Source of the DNA: Cenococcum geophilum
Taxonomy: Eukaryota
NCBI GenBank assembly: GCA_050273025.1
Contig: CP158635.1
Span: 20,708,001 to 20,772,000, forward strand
Length of the DNA: 64,000 bases
Reading direction: 5' to 3'
Positions 1 to 13,938 of the stretch are shown in pieces. The stretch's first letter is position 1. Every line of letters starts with the position of its first letter. The notes beneath the pieces were generated by a model. The model made no database searches and was not told where the DNA came from. It worked only from the letters and a program-made list of their open reading frames with translations. Made by a program: the position numbers and the translations under genes.

Positions 1-1300
1 CGTCAACCTAAACCACAACGCGCACGGTTAAAACATCACGGTTAAAATCGCCAAAATCCTCAAATTCGGCACTCCGCCGCACGAAAAATCGGACGGGAAG
101 GCCCTCCCGTACAGGGTATATAAGCCCTTCTTTAATTTAGTGTTAAAATACATTAAAACTGCCCTTAAATAGCCCTTAGGAAAGAAACTAGAAGAGACCT
201 TTACGCGTCTTAAACGCCAAACAGAAGCTATAAAAAAACGCAGTAGATTACATTAAATATAACTAAAAGACAGCTATACCCCCTACCGCACAAAGCAGAA
301 GCCCACAGTTAGCCGTTTAAAGCTGGGCGAACGTTGCTGCAGCCGCACCACTACCCCCGTCCGTATAGTCCCGCCTCTTACCTAGCGTTACTCTAACGCT
401 AGTAGCACCGGAATACCGATATATAGTTATTAAATTTAGTAAGAAGGTAGACGCGGAGCTTCTTTAGACACTTAAAGAGCCTTATAAAAACATTTTAAAA
501 AAACTAAATAACGCGTTATCTAAATTGGGAAACGCTTTTATAAATAAGGCACGGATCACCGCGCCACGGATCCTTAGGTTAGGAGACGTCATTATTTTTA
601 CAGAAATACTAGCGCAGGTAGATGACTTGCGTAGATACGGAGATAAAAAGACCTTAGGGAGAAGTGCTTAGGTAATTAAGCCTATATACGGAGTAGTTAC
701 ACATAATATACCTATACGTTTAGTTAATAATATAGAGAAGGAGGCCGTTATTAGGAAATTTAAGCTAGAAAATTAGAGAGTACTTAGTAGTTATAGGATT
801 GTTAGCTAGAGGTGGCTTAGGCCCCTAAAGGAGAAGTAAAGAGATGCCTCTTTAGTGCTAGAATTTAAGACTATACTAGGTGCAAATACTACGATATACG
901 CGGAGGTTCTTTACTAGGATAGTACCTATAAGAAAACTAAAAGGTTTAATAGAGCCTACCTAGTAAAGCGATGTTTTAAATGCTACTATTACGGATATAT
1001 AGGAACCTAATATTGTAAACAAGAAATATGCGGAAGATGCTCCACTTAAGATTATAATATAAAAAAATACAAGGCTAACTAGTAGAAGTGCACCCTCTGC
1101 TAAGGAAAGTATAACTCCTAGTTACTAACCTGTCCTAAATATAAAAAGGAGACAATTTATATAGAGAAGGTAAAAGTTAGACTCCGTGTAAACCTATACT
1201 AGCCTAAGAACCTAGTATATATTATACTAGGGCTATTAGAAATAGGGAGTCGAATTAATAGCGAGCTAAGCTCCCTACCCCTATTAGCAATACTAAATAT

Positions 1301-1726
1301 TATAACGGAACTTTGTAGCAAGTACTACGATGGGTTTGTTATTGGGCTAGGTGTATAGGTATTATAAGTAAGTCAATAACGTAATAATAACTAGTAGAGT
1401 GGTTGCCTAATAAATTAACTCCAATTATATTCTAAGAATTACTATAAGGAAAGAACTATCTAATATAGGGACTATGGTCCTTTAAATACATAACCGTACT
1501 AACTGCTAGGAAACCCTCCTTATACGTAAGGTACGTGTGCTTTATCTACTCTATTATAGATTATATAAATTATATAGATTATATAGATTACATTATATAA
1601 CTCGGCTACTATTCCTTGTTATATAGTTCTATTGGTTCCATCCTAGACTATATTTATATTAACTAACTAGCTTCTTCTAACTTCTCTCTAAGTAGTCGTA
1701 ATATTGTACTTAAAGCGTCCGTAATA
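1301..1726 (-). repeat. 3' LTR of Gypsy A
   Basis: Direct repeat of 22328-22749 and 59552-59975, adjacent to the PPT. Confidence 0.95.
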
Positions 1727-1834
1727 CCATCTCCCTCCTCTTTATCTTCGTCCTTAAAGATTCTAAATATCTCTAAGTCGTTTATTAGAGGTGTAATATC
1801 CATCTAATTAATTTAGTTAATATTGTTACTTATT

Positions 1835-3090
1835 ATACCTAAAGTAACTTCTCTTTCTTCTATAGCCTATCGTGCTTATACTATCGCCGTAGTGTTATTA
1901 CTAGGTAAAATAATACTATTTCCGTGTTCTTGTTATGCGAAAAAGGGGTTAGTCTATATTGCTGTCATGCGATGCGCTACCCATACCTACGGTATAGGCT
2001 GAAGAGCTTATAAGACATTCCAACCGGCAGCCTGTCCAGTCGCAAGACACTACTGCTACCTTTTTAATGGTTTATATGGTCGAGTAGGTTAGGCTTAGGC
2101 ATAATAATATATCTCACAACTACCCGGAGATTAGTATTTAATCTAGTACAGGGTTAAGCATTTACGAGTACGGGACAGCCTAAGCGACTGCACTGCCTGT
2201 AGTTGAGTGCGGGGTATCGCACGTGCTTGCTAGAAGGTTACCTTATAGCTTAATAACTAGTACTTGTGGGTACTAGCGGGGACGCCTTACGATTGCAGCT
2301 AGGGTGCTATGGGTAGCTCGCGCGCTGCGTGGCCAAGACCACCTAGCGAAAGGCTAGCTATTTATCGTAGTCTAGGCGCCTAAGGACATGCGCCCTAGGA
2401 GGGGGTGCAGTTATTATATAATGCGCTACCTATACCTACGGTATGGGCTAGAGAGCTTATAAGACATTCCAACCGGCAGCCCGTCCAGTCGCGAGACACT
2501 ACTGCTACCTTTTTGGTGGTTTGTATGGTCGAGTGGGTTGGGCTTGGGCATAACAATTGCGCTAGCGAGTCCTTTATCTTAGCAACCGTTCTTTTATTTA
2601 AAGTGCACTAAAGCAAATATTTATTCGTCCTATAACGTTCGCTTTACTTCTAACGCTAAGTATACGCGTCCTATAACTCTTAATAGTCTTTAAGTTCCCT
2701 AAGTAATTTATTATAAGGTCTTATGTTTAATCTACTACTACGAAGCTTAATAGTAACCTAGCGTAGGCTTTTACTAAGCTTAAGCGTTCTTAAAATACGG
2801 AATAGAAGGCCTTAAATGCTCACATCGCAGCGTCTACTTAGCTGCTTTATCTTAAGAAAGTACGTAAGAAGGTCCGTTTTAAGGAGTGGAAACTTATAAA
2901 ATAAGGTCTGCAGGAACTTAGTAATAAAAGAACTAACTTTCTTCCTATAAAGAGAACAACTTTAAGTAGTTTAGCAGTCGCTCTTCCTAGGTCCCCCTTA
3001 GGTGACTTATTTTTTAGCAATCCTTTTTTATTAATATTACCTAACCTATTCTCTTCTAATACTCCTATACCTTTCCTATAGCGTTTTTTA
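1835..3090 (+). pseudogene. Antisense six-Cys (Zn2Cys6-like) + coiled-coil gene of Gypsy A, split by TRIM-1
   Basis: De-RIPed MPKVTSLSS...PCSCCAKKGLVCIA[TRIM]LASPSS...C..CTKANIRSSC; collinear with the copies at 57689 and 60084. End approximate. Confidence 0.7.
1963..2555 (+). mobile_element. TRIM copy 1 (593 bp)
   Basis: 144-bp terminal direct repeats 1963-2106 and 2412-2555 (TG..CA); purine tract GGAGGGGG before the 3' repeat; TSD ATTGC; empty site visible in the paralogue at ~60205. Confidence 0.93.
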
Positions 3091-3831
3091 AATTTTTTAG
3101 TAGTTCTAAGGTAGTCTTATTATAGCCTATCTACTTTACCTTATACTATATTTTATTATTAACGTCCTTATAACTAATAATCTTTAAAACTTACTATTTG
3201 TCTTCTTCTTATCCTTTATACGTGTCTGCCTTATAGACCGGTGGCTTAACATTCCCGTATACTAGCTTTAGCATTACAATATACTGTATAGGGTAGATTC
3301 TTATTTTGGCTGGTAGGTTTAACTTAAACGTAACTAGTAAAATCCTCTATATAATTTTAAAAGGTCCTAGTCTAACGTAGTCCAACTTCTTACTTAGTTG
3401 TTAACTCTTGAAATTTTTATATAGTAGCTATACTTTATCTCCCTCCTTAAGATCTAATCCCTTAAATCTCTTAGCGTTATAGTACTTTTTTATCCTTTGC
3501 TATACTACCTTTACTATTTCCGTAAGGTTCTTATAAAGATTTATTAATGTCTCTATTCTTTACTAAATATAGTAATAATAATATTCTTAGTTTATATCTA
3601 TAATTCGCCTTAAATAGTAAAGTACCTATTCCTTCTTAAGGTGTTGCATTGTATATAAACTATATAACTGGTAATAGCGATACCCAATTATTCTATACGT
3701 AATTAATATAGTGCCTTAGATACTGCTCTAGTGTCTAATTTAATCTTTCCGTTTAACCGTCTATCTGCGGATAATATGCGGTAAAAGTTGCTGCTCTAAC
3801 TCCTTACTCCGCTAAGAATACCTCCTAAAAT

Positions 3832-6800
3832 TGTTAGGCCATAGAGACGTACTAGCCGTAACCGGCTTAGCGCAGGCGAGGCGCAGGCGAGGCGCCTACA
3901 AAAGGTAGTTGCCCCGCATTAGAGAACAGCAGAATTTAATTCTATAGTTCTACTTTATCAAGAACTAGATACTCTTTGCATTCCGCTACTATTATTACGT
4001 TACTATATACCCTAAGGGCCTTGGCGTCCTAACAGTACTAAATTCTTATCCCTTTTCAGGGGTAGTGGCCCGACAACACAGCAGTCTGCTAAGGCCACGA
4101 CTACATAGCGGCAACCCTCTGTCGAGAAGACGACCTATATTTATTAACTATATTGCAGCCTATCGACCTAATGGCGAGACGAGGGCGTACTAGCGCAGTA
4201 CGTACTACCGAGCCTGGGGATTAGCCCTAGGATAACATAGGCGAACCTATATCGTCCCAGACAGAACCGGAAGCTATAAATAAAGGGGATATATAGAAAG
4301 AAATATAATAGCTAGAAAACGAGAAGCTATAACTCCTAGAGCAAAGAAAACTATACTTACTTAGGGAAGAGGTGGAAGTGCTAAAACGGCGTTAACGCGG
4401 CAAGGTGACGTCGACTTCCGTTCCTAACCTAGATCTACAACCTTAAACTATCCTATTAGAGTACTTAGATCGTAGCCAGATGCGTCCAAACCTTAAGCGG
4501 AAGGCTACTAATATAATAGGCGCTCCGTTAAAACGGGCCGTTAAAATAGAGAAGATTGCTCTATATTATAGTAAGACTATATAAGAGCACCAAGACTTCC
4601 GCGATAGCTTAAAGCTAGCGTTCCGCCTAGAGTATAACGGCTTCGCGGATAAGAATACTAAAGTCGCGTTTACTATATAATATATAAAGGGGACTAACCG
4701 AACCCTTTAGCTGTAGTATAAAGATAACCATCTAGATACGTAGTTTACCTAGAAGGAGCTAATAGAATTCCTAATTAACTAAATTAAAAGTCCTATTAAT
4801 TGAGAACTCTATATAGCCCTAATATATATAAGGGCAATGCAATGAACTAATTAACCTATAAACGAGTTTGCTGCTTACCTAACCTCCTTAAAAGTATAAA
4901 TTAATCTTTCCTATAATGTAAAGCATCTAATAATACACCTATTCGCGAAGCTACGGCTAAAGCTACGGCTTGCGGTTACTAACTATTAGGAGTTTCTATA
5001 AACTTAAAATTAGCTAGTTTCCCTAGCTGCCCTATTAGAGGAAAACCAGAAGAGCGCGAGCGCCCTATAGGCTAGAAGCAATAGGCACGCCGTAAACTTG
5101 AATATAAAGACCACCCTATTAGGTAACTTAGGGAAAGCGGACTTTAAAACCACCGCTAGCGACGTAATAGCGGGGCAAAGCAGTACTGCTAGGGGTTTAA
5201 CCCAACCTAAGGGGAACTACAAAAATTGTGGCAAGCTAGGATATTGGTGGCGACAGTGCCTAAAGCTATAACAGTACCAGCCGCAGTTAAGCAGTGTAAA
5301 CGCCATCTTAACGCTAGGAAAAGGCAGGCGCCCTTAGAGCCCCTTATACCTATAGGGCGTAAGCTACTACTAGATTATAAGGAAGCTATTACTATCTTAG
5401 GAGAAGTCCTATTTAAGTAAACCTAGAAGGAGACCTCAGTAATGCTTAATCTCGGCGCCGAAGTAAATGTAATTAATTAGCGATTTGTAATAGAGTGTAA
5501 CTTTAAGACACTAGATATAGAATTACCTACCTACTCCTAGTTAAATAAAACTTAGGTATATTGCTATAAAGCCTATAAGGTACTATTAAGGATAAAGAAT
5601 AACTGGAGCAGGATAAGGGAAGTAACCCTTATCTGCTATAGAATGGCTAACGCATCCCCTACTGTTACCCTAGGTATGCTAGGGTTAAAGAAGGCCCGAC
5701 TTCTTATTAATTATAAGGCGAAGGCGTGGTAATAGAAGCTAGACGGCTTATCCCTATTGCTATAAACCCCTAAGGGTTTCGCGGAGTCTCTCTAAAGGGA
5801 ATCTAGGGTCTTCGCCCTAGTAATTACTGGATTAATGCCTAGTAAATAAGATAACGGTAGCTTGCCGGTTCTTCCCCCATAGTTAAAAGAAGCTAGCGAT
5901 GTCTTCTTATATAAGGAAGTAGGAAAGCTACCCCGATACCACTAGGGCGACTATACTATTGACCTAAAAGAGGGACAGAAGGTCCTGTATAGGCCGCTCT
6001 ATAACCTCTTAGTTAAGGAGCTAAAGGTACTAAGGGAGTACTTAGATAACGCCTTAGCTAAAGGCTAAATCTGACTAAGTACTAGTCCCGTAGGGGTACC
6101 TATCCTATTTATACCTAAAAAAGATAGGAAGCTGCGGCTCTATATAAACTATAGAGGCCTTAATAAGGTGACGATTAAAAATTGTCTCGTACTACCATTA
6201 ATTAGTAAGACCTTGGACCGCTTAGTAGGTTCTAAGATCTTCACTAAATTAAACCTAACGAATGCGTACTACCGCCTTCGTATCCGTCGGGGCAATAAGT
6301 AAAAGACGGTGTTCCGTACGCATTACGGCCACTTTAAGTATTTAGTTTTGCCTTTTAGGCTAACTAATAAACTAGCGACCTTTTAGGGCTATATTAATTG
6401 GGTCTTATTAGGACTAGTAGACGTTTTCTATATAGTCTATTTTAATAATATTTTAATTTTCTCTAAAAATCTAGAGGAATACTAGCGCTACGTACTAGAA
6501 GTGCTATATAGGTTATAGTAATATCAACTATATGCAAACCTTAAGAAGTGCAGGTTTGGCGTATAAGAGGTTAAGTTCCTAGAATATATTATTAGTCCTA
6601 AAGGCATAGCGATAGATCCTAGCCGGGTAGAAGCTATTACTAAGTGGGAGAGCCCTTAATCCTATAGGGATATCTAGGTCTTCTTAGGTTTTGCTAACTT
6701 TTATTACTAGTTTATTTATAAGTATTTTACTATTATAAAGCCTATTACTAATCTCCTTAAGGGAGTAAAGAACGGCTGTAAAGCTAGGCCTCTCCGTTAG

Positions 6801-9800
6801 CCTAAAGAGGCGGAGTAGGCGATGCGCTAGCTTTGCGACGCCTTTACGACGGCGCCGCTTCTATAATACTATACGCCAGGCTTACCGACCCGGTTAGAGA
6901 CTAATGCCTCTATACAAGGCCTAGCAGTAATTATATTATAGCTATTTAAAGGTAGTCTTTAGCATCTAATAGCCTTTTAGTCTAGGAAGCTTTCGCTAGT
7001 AAAGCGTAATTATAAGACCTATAATTAGAAGCTACTAGCTATTATAGAGGCTTTTAAGCATTAGAGACACTATATTAAGGGGCTATTAAGCCACCTAAAA
7101 GTGCTCACAGACTATAATAATCTAAAGGGTTTTATAAAAGTAAAAGCCCTTAATAAACGGCAAGCTAGGTGGGCTATAGTATTAGCTACCTATAACTTTG
7201 TTATTAAGTATAGGGCGGGAAAAACGAACCCCGTAAACGCGCCGTTAAGGTAACCCCTAGGCGCAGGGGGTCCGCTAGAAGAAGACACTATACTACTATT
7301 GCTCTAAAGGACTTTGGGAATATAGGGCCACTAACTTAAAGTAAAAGTCCTATTAGGTATATAAGAAAACGAGCCTTTTATAAAGGTATCGTTTTTACGG
7401 CTATAAGCCGGCAACCTAACGGCGGTACGCCTAGGCTATATAGCATTACAGTTTGACTAGGCAACCTATATATATGCTATTAAGTAGCGTATAACGAGGA
7501 CCTAAGTTAGAGAAGCTAGTACTTAAGAGAGTGCTTATAAGTCTAGTACGGAAACAGTTATTAAGCTTATTAAAGGACTTTAGACTAAAGATAACTTTAT
7601 ACTGCAAAAGCGCAGTAATAGTATAGATACTGCAAGACGCCGTTAACGCGCCCGCTTAAAGCTAGTGTGGTAGTTTAATTCCGCTAGACTACTTTGTTAC
7701 CGCGGGAGGCTATATATACCCCTAGACCCAGCGGTTTATACAGAACTCCTATAGATCTACTACAATAATGCCCTAGTTAGGCACTTTAGTAAGAAAAAGA
7801 CTCTAAATCTACTTTTATGTAAATACTACTAGCCTAGTATAAATGCGGACGTTATAAACTATATCTTTACCTATAATTTATGCCAATGTATATATACGCC
7901 TTAATATCGCCCTTATGGCGAGCTCTAAGCGCTGCTTTACCTAGACTAGCTGTGGCAGGAGATTATAATGGACTTTATTATAGGCCTACTGCCTAGTAAA
8001 TAAGGCAATAAGGTATATAACGCAATATATATAATAGTCGACCGCTATACTAAGATGGCCTTATATCTGCCTATAGTAAAAACTATTACTGTAACAGAAC
8101 TTGCGGATCTCTTCCTTAATAAAGTAGTACGCCGTTTTAGAGCCCCTAGGGGGATTATATCTAATTACGGTAGTATCTTTATTAGTAAGTTCTAGTTAGA
8201 GCTATACTTTACTATAAAAATTAAACGTAGGCTAAGTATAGCCTTTTACCCGCAAACTAATGGGTAAATAGAACGCCAGAACTAAACCTTAGAGTATTAC
8301 CTCTGTGTGTTCTATAACGAAAAGTAAAGTAACTAGGTAGGCCTCTTATTGCTAGCTAAATTCGCCTATAATAATGCTAAATATAGTAAGACGGGTATAA
8401 GCCCGTTCTATGCCTACTATAGGTTTTACCCGCGTCTAAAATACGAGGTTAAGGCGGACAATAGTAGTTCTATTCTAGCCGCCTCTAAAAGGATTAAAAG
8501 GATATCCCTTAAACGTAAAGCGCTGGTGAAACGCTAGAAATACGCTACCGAGGCGTAGGTAAAATACTATAATCGTTATTACTAACTACAGATATATAAA
8601 GTAGGGGATTTAGTCTTGCTATTAACTAAGAACCTTAAACTAAAAAGGCCTAGTAAGAAACTTATAGCACGCTTTATTGGACCTTTTAGTATAGCTAAAT
8701 TAGTTAGAAAGTAAGCATACTAACTATATCTACCTACGTCTTACCGTATCCACCTAGTGTTTTATATTAGCTTACTAGAGCTATATAAATAACGTAAGGG
8801 CACTACTAGAGACCCTTTACTAGGGCTTATTAAGCTAGACAATTAAGCGGACCAAAAGAACTAATATAAGGTAGAAGAAGTGCGTAGAAGAAAGGGATAT
8901 AACTAGACCCTACAGTACCTGGTTAAGTAAAAAGGCTAGCTAAAAGAATATAACGAATAGGTCTTAGTAAAGGACATCGATAAGGACGCAAAGAAGATAT
9001 ATAATAGTTACTTTACCCTAAGGGGTAAACGGAAAAGAAAGTAGGTAGAAAAATAAAAAAACTTTTAATTATAACTAAGGTTACGCCCCACTAGTGGGGT
9101 AACAACGGAATAACGGCGGAGTGACGGTAATACGCTAATAGAAATATAGATACTCTACAGCTCCATTAAATCCTCCCTTTCCTCCCCTCCTTCCTTATCC
9201 TCCTCACCCTTATCCTCCTCCTTTCCCTCCTCCTTATCCTCCTTACCCTTATCCTCCTCCTCTCCCTCCTCCTTATCCTCCTCACCCTTATCCTCCTCCT
9301 TATCCCTTACAATGGGAGGTATATTGGCCTATAGGTACTATTAGCATATACTATAACGGCGAAACACCTGCGCTACGACACGTACTAAAGCGCGTATTAT
9401 GTTAAGAATTCCTTTAAGAGTATAACGGATGGCCTATAATTCCTGCACTTAGAGTAGGGGAAAGTCTTCGCCCTTTAGGCGCTGGCGGAGACCGTGCTTG
9501 GCGCCGGTGTGCACTAAGGCCTTAATATCCTTTGTAAAGGACTTCTAGGCGGTAGCGACGCGAGCGTTAAGGTTAGCTATGTCCCCGCTAGTAACCTACT
9601 AGCGCTTAGCCCTATTAATAAAGGCGAGTAGCTTATTTAGGCGGCTATGGAAGGCCTTAGGGACCTAGTCTGTTAGCCATTAGAACCTAAACTAACGCAC
9701 TTAGACGTACTGGTTGACACGACTTATTTAGTTATTAGTAGTACCCATAATTGTAGTTGGCCTGCTTACTATAAGTGGCCCGCTTAGCAGTAGCTATACG

Positions 9801-10455
9801 CTTAGTATAATAGAGGCAGATTAGTTCTAGCAAAGCTAGGGGAGCAGCTTGCGAGCGGTGTAGGAGCTTTGACGGCGCCTAGCAGGGTTAGCGACAGCTA
9901 TAAGCTAATATAAAAAATACTTACGGAAGACTCGTAAGCAGGCGAACTGACGGCTTAGCGCTTGCGATTTATAATTAATTAGAAGTTATAAAGAAGGCAA
10001 GTCGCAGGCTAAACGAATTAAAATGAAATTAGAAGGGAAATCTAATGTCCTACCTAGGTGGGAACTCCTACCTTTATAGATCTCTATAAGGTCCTATTAT
10101 TATATTATTCTATTATTACATTGCCCTATTATTATATTATTTAATTTACTTAAATTTATTAAAAACTTTTTATTTAGAGAAGGGCAATAATAGCACTCCT
10201 ATTATATAATAGCGTCGGCTAAGGACAGCCGCTTAAGAAGGGGGGGGGTAATTATTAGGCTATAGAGACGCACTGGCCGTAACCGGCTTAGCGCAGGCGA
10301 GGCGTAGGCAAGGCGCCTACAAAACGTAGTCGCCCCGCATTAGAGAATAGCAGAATTCAGTTCTATAGTTCTACTTTATTAAGAACTAGATACTCTTTGC
10401 ATCTTACTACTATTGTTACGTTACTATATGCCCTAAGGACCTTAGCGTCCTAACA
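3832..10455 (+). mobile_element. Full-length Ty3/Gypsy chromovirus-type element (family C), RIP-inactivated
   Basis: 203-bp LTRs 3832-4034 and 10253-10455; TSD AAAAT; PPT AAGAAGGGGGGGGG ~10235-10248; gag knuckle CKNCGKLGHWWRQC-like ~5218; protease LDSGAEVN-like ~5445; RT VYLDDILI-like ~6436; RNase H, integrase, chromodomain YLVKWKG ~8916. Confidence 0.95.
9155..9972 (-). pseudogene. Four-exon antisense gene in Gypsy C: six-Cys cluster, helical middle, acidic D/E tail
   Basis: Minus-strand introns 9879-9924 (GTAAGT..GCTAAC..TAG), 9665-9710 (GTACGT..GCTAAC..TAG) and 9329-9385 (GTACGT..GCTAAT..TAG). Splicing keeps one frame: MNRKRQ...EPIC-x2-C-x11-C-x7-C-x2-C-x6-C-QP|VP...EEDEGEE (several Cys inferred from RIPed TAT/TAC). 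Confidence 0.8.
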
Positions 10456-12656
10456 AAAATACTATTATAAATCTTAAATCTCTATCCAATACGATCTTAC
10501 TTAGTACTCTATATTTTATAAACACTTCCTTAATATAGATTTTAGCGATATCTTCTACTAATATCTCTTCTGTACACGCTATAAAGTATCCCTACTTTAT
10601 AAGCTTATCTACTATTACTAAGATCGCGTTATAATCTTGTCCTATAATAGGATCTTTTAATTTTAGCAACTTTATAATAAAGTCCTATAATATAACCTCC
10701 TATAGTCTCTCTGGTATTTTAATAGGTTATAGCCCTCTATATAGCTTATACTTTATTAGTTTATTCCTTTAGTAATTTAAATACTCTTTAGTAACCTTCC
10801 TAGCTATTTTTTAAATTCTGTTAATAATATACTCCTCTTAGAGTCTTAATACTAAGCCTATAGCTCCATTATGTCCTTAAGTTAGTCCCTTATAGAAATC
10901 TTCTATAAAGTGCTCTGCTATACTTTTTAGGATATACTTTACTTCTTGGTTTTCATATATATCCGTTTATAGATATTTTAGCTATATTTTTAAAATTCTC
11001 TATACTTAAAAGCTTTTTAGTAACTTATAAACTTTTTCTAACTTATTTTCTTAAGTTATTATAATCTTTAGATAATTATACCTAATTAACCTATCTATAT
11101 CTTTTTGCAGTAAAGCCCCTAATGGCTTCTTATTATTTTATAGTTTAGCCTTTTAACTTAACGTATCGGCCCGCGTATTGTCTATACCCTTAATATACTA
11201 AATCTTAAAATAGTATTCTATAAGCATCTCTGCCTATCTAACCTGTCTTTAATTAAGTTCCTTTATTATTAGAAATCCTATTAAGTTCTTATAGTCTATC
11301 TTAACTATAAATAGTTTTTCTATACCTTATAAGAATGCTCTTTATTTCTTTAATACTATAACTATACCTAATAACTCCTTGTTATAGATATTATAGTTTA
11401 ACTCTAGTGGTATTATCTTCCGACTATAGTATACCACTAAATGCTATCTATTTAGATATTTCTATATAAAGTATACCCTTAGTATAAAGTCTAATATATC
11501 TATTTCTATAACTGTTTCTAAACCTAGTTAATAGATCTTAAGAACTGGCTCTTAGGTAAATAACTCTTTAACTTTTCTAAATAACTCTTATTATTTCTTT
11601 CCCTATACCTATAGTTCTTCTTTTTTTATTAATCGCGTAAATAGTTTAATATCCTTTAACTATTACGCTATAAACCTTCTGTAGTAATTGCAAAACCCTA
11701 AAAATAATTTTAACTATATAACGTTCTCTAGTTCTTACTAATTTACTATAGCCTTAATCTTCTTTAGATCTATACTAAGTTGGCCTAGTTTAATAATAAA
11801 TCTAATAAAATTAGTCTTCCTAGTAAAGAACTCGCATTTTTTAATTGCTACTAGCATCTGTTCTTCTTATAGTCTCTTTAAAACCTATTTAATATATTTT
11901 CTATATTCTTCCTTAGTTATTAAGTAGATAATAATATCGTTAAGATATACTATGATAAATTTATCTAAGTATTCTCCTAATATATTATTAATACGCTTTT
12001 AGAATATTGCTAGTATATTTATAAGCCCGAATTGTATAATTAATAGTTTATATAGTCCTTCCTTTAACCTAAAGGCTGCCTTCCATTTATCGCCTTCCTT
12101 AATTTTAATTTAATAGTACGCCCATCTTAGATCTATCTTTATAAAGATTTACGCATTACCTATCCTATCTTAGATTTTGCTAATTAAGGGTAAAGGATAC
12201 TTATCCTTTCTAGTAATGCTGTTTAACTATCTATAGTTAATATACAGCCTTAGCTTGCCATTTTTCTTTAGTATAAATAGTACTGGATAACCCGCTAATA
12301 ACTATAATAGTCTAATATATCCATTTTATAAGTTCTCCTAGATAAACTCTTTAAGTACTCTACCTTCTTCTTTAATAAGCTTATAGATTAGAAAAAACCT
12401 TAAACTCGTTCCTTCTTCTAACTCTATTTTATAGTCCTACGCTATATACTCTAACAACTTTTCACTTTCCGGTAACTATAACTTTTTGCCATACTTATGG
12501 TATCTCTTTAGTATATGGCTTAGCCCTTTTTCTATTTCTTTATAGGTTGTTCCTACTTAGTATTATACTAACTTAGTTTATTATCGCATTTTACGGCGTT
12601 AAGTATCTCTAATATTAACTTAACCTATAACCTAATTAATCTTTAAATTGTATTTC

Positions 12657-13251
12657 TGTCATGTAATGCGCTACCTATACCTGCGGTATAGGCTAAAGAG
12701 CTTATAAGGCATTCTAACCGGCAGCCCATCCAGTCGCAAGACACTACTACTACCTTTTTAGTAGTTTATATGGTCGAGTGGGTTAGGCTTAGGCATAATA
12801 ATATATCTTGTAACTACCTGGAGGTTAGTGTTCGATCCGGTATAGGGTTGAATATTCATGAGTACGGGACAGCCTAAGCGACTGCACTGCCTGCAGTCGA
12901 GTACAGGGTATCGCACGTGCTTGCTGGAAGGTCACCTTATGGCTTAATAGTGCTAGTACATTTGGGTACTAGCGGGGACGCCTTACGATTACAGCTAGGG
13001 TGCTGTGGGCAGCTTGTACGCTGCGTGGCCAAGACCACCTGGCGAAAGGCTAGCCATTTGTCGTAGTTCAGGCGCCTAAGAACATGCGCCCTAGGAGGGG
13101 GTGTAGTTGTTATGCAATGCGCTACCTATACTTACGGTATAGGCTAGAGAGCTTATAAGGCATTCCAACTAGCAGCCTGTCTAGTCGCGAGACACTACTG
13201 CTACCTTTTTGGTGGTTTGTATAGTTAAGTAGGTTAGGCTTAGGTATAACA
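12657..13251 (+). mobile_element. TRIM copy 2 (595 bp)
   Basis: 144-bp terminal repeats 12657-12800 and 13108-13251; TSD ATTTC/ATTCC (one C>T); same family as 1963-2555; empty site at ~63700. Confidence 0.93.
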
Positions 13252-13938
13252 ATTCCTGTAACTAAGGCATTTCTAATACTGCCTTATTATTCCCTAATAG
13301 TAATATATTAAAAGACATCTTAATCTATCTCCCTTTAATAGTTATCTAAATTGGTCCTATTTTAAGATTAATAATACCTCCTCCGTAGGCTATCGGATCT
13401 CCTAAAATTATTACTAATAAGTAAGAATATTCCTTTTTCCTATATGGTAACCCTATTTTTTTTTTAACTGCTACTAATAAGATATGGTTCCTTATTGCTC
13501 TACTATCTATTAATGCCTTAAACTGTTAATCTTGCCACTTAACTTATAAATTTAGGTATTATTCTTAAATTCCTTTAAGGGTTTAAGGCTCTACTACTAG
13601 TTTCTTTTAGTCCTATAGGCCTCTACTTTTCCTAACTATTAGCTGCTTAATCCTATTTATATTTAGTCTAACTTAGGCTAATACTTAATTCGCTTTTTAT
13701 CTTTAATATATTATAAATATATATTCTTAGGACATTCCCACTACTATCGTCCGTTTAGGTATTCTTCCGTAAGAAATCTTCCTAGTTAAAGTATTAAGTC
13801 CCCTTATTCTTAAACTTCTACTAAGTGCCAACTATATATATACTTAGCGTTTTAATATTTTGCCTTATTTATTAACTAATATATCCTTATTAGATATTTT
13901 TGGTTCCTATCTTTAAGTACTTTATATATATTATACGC

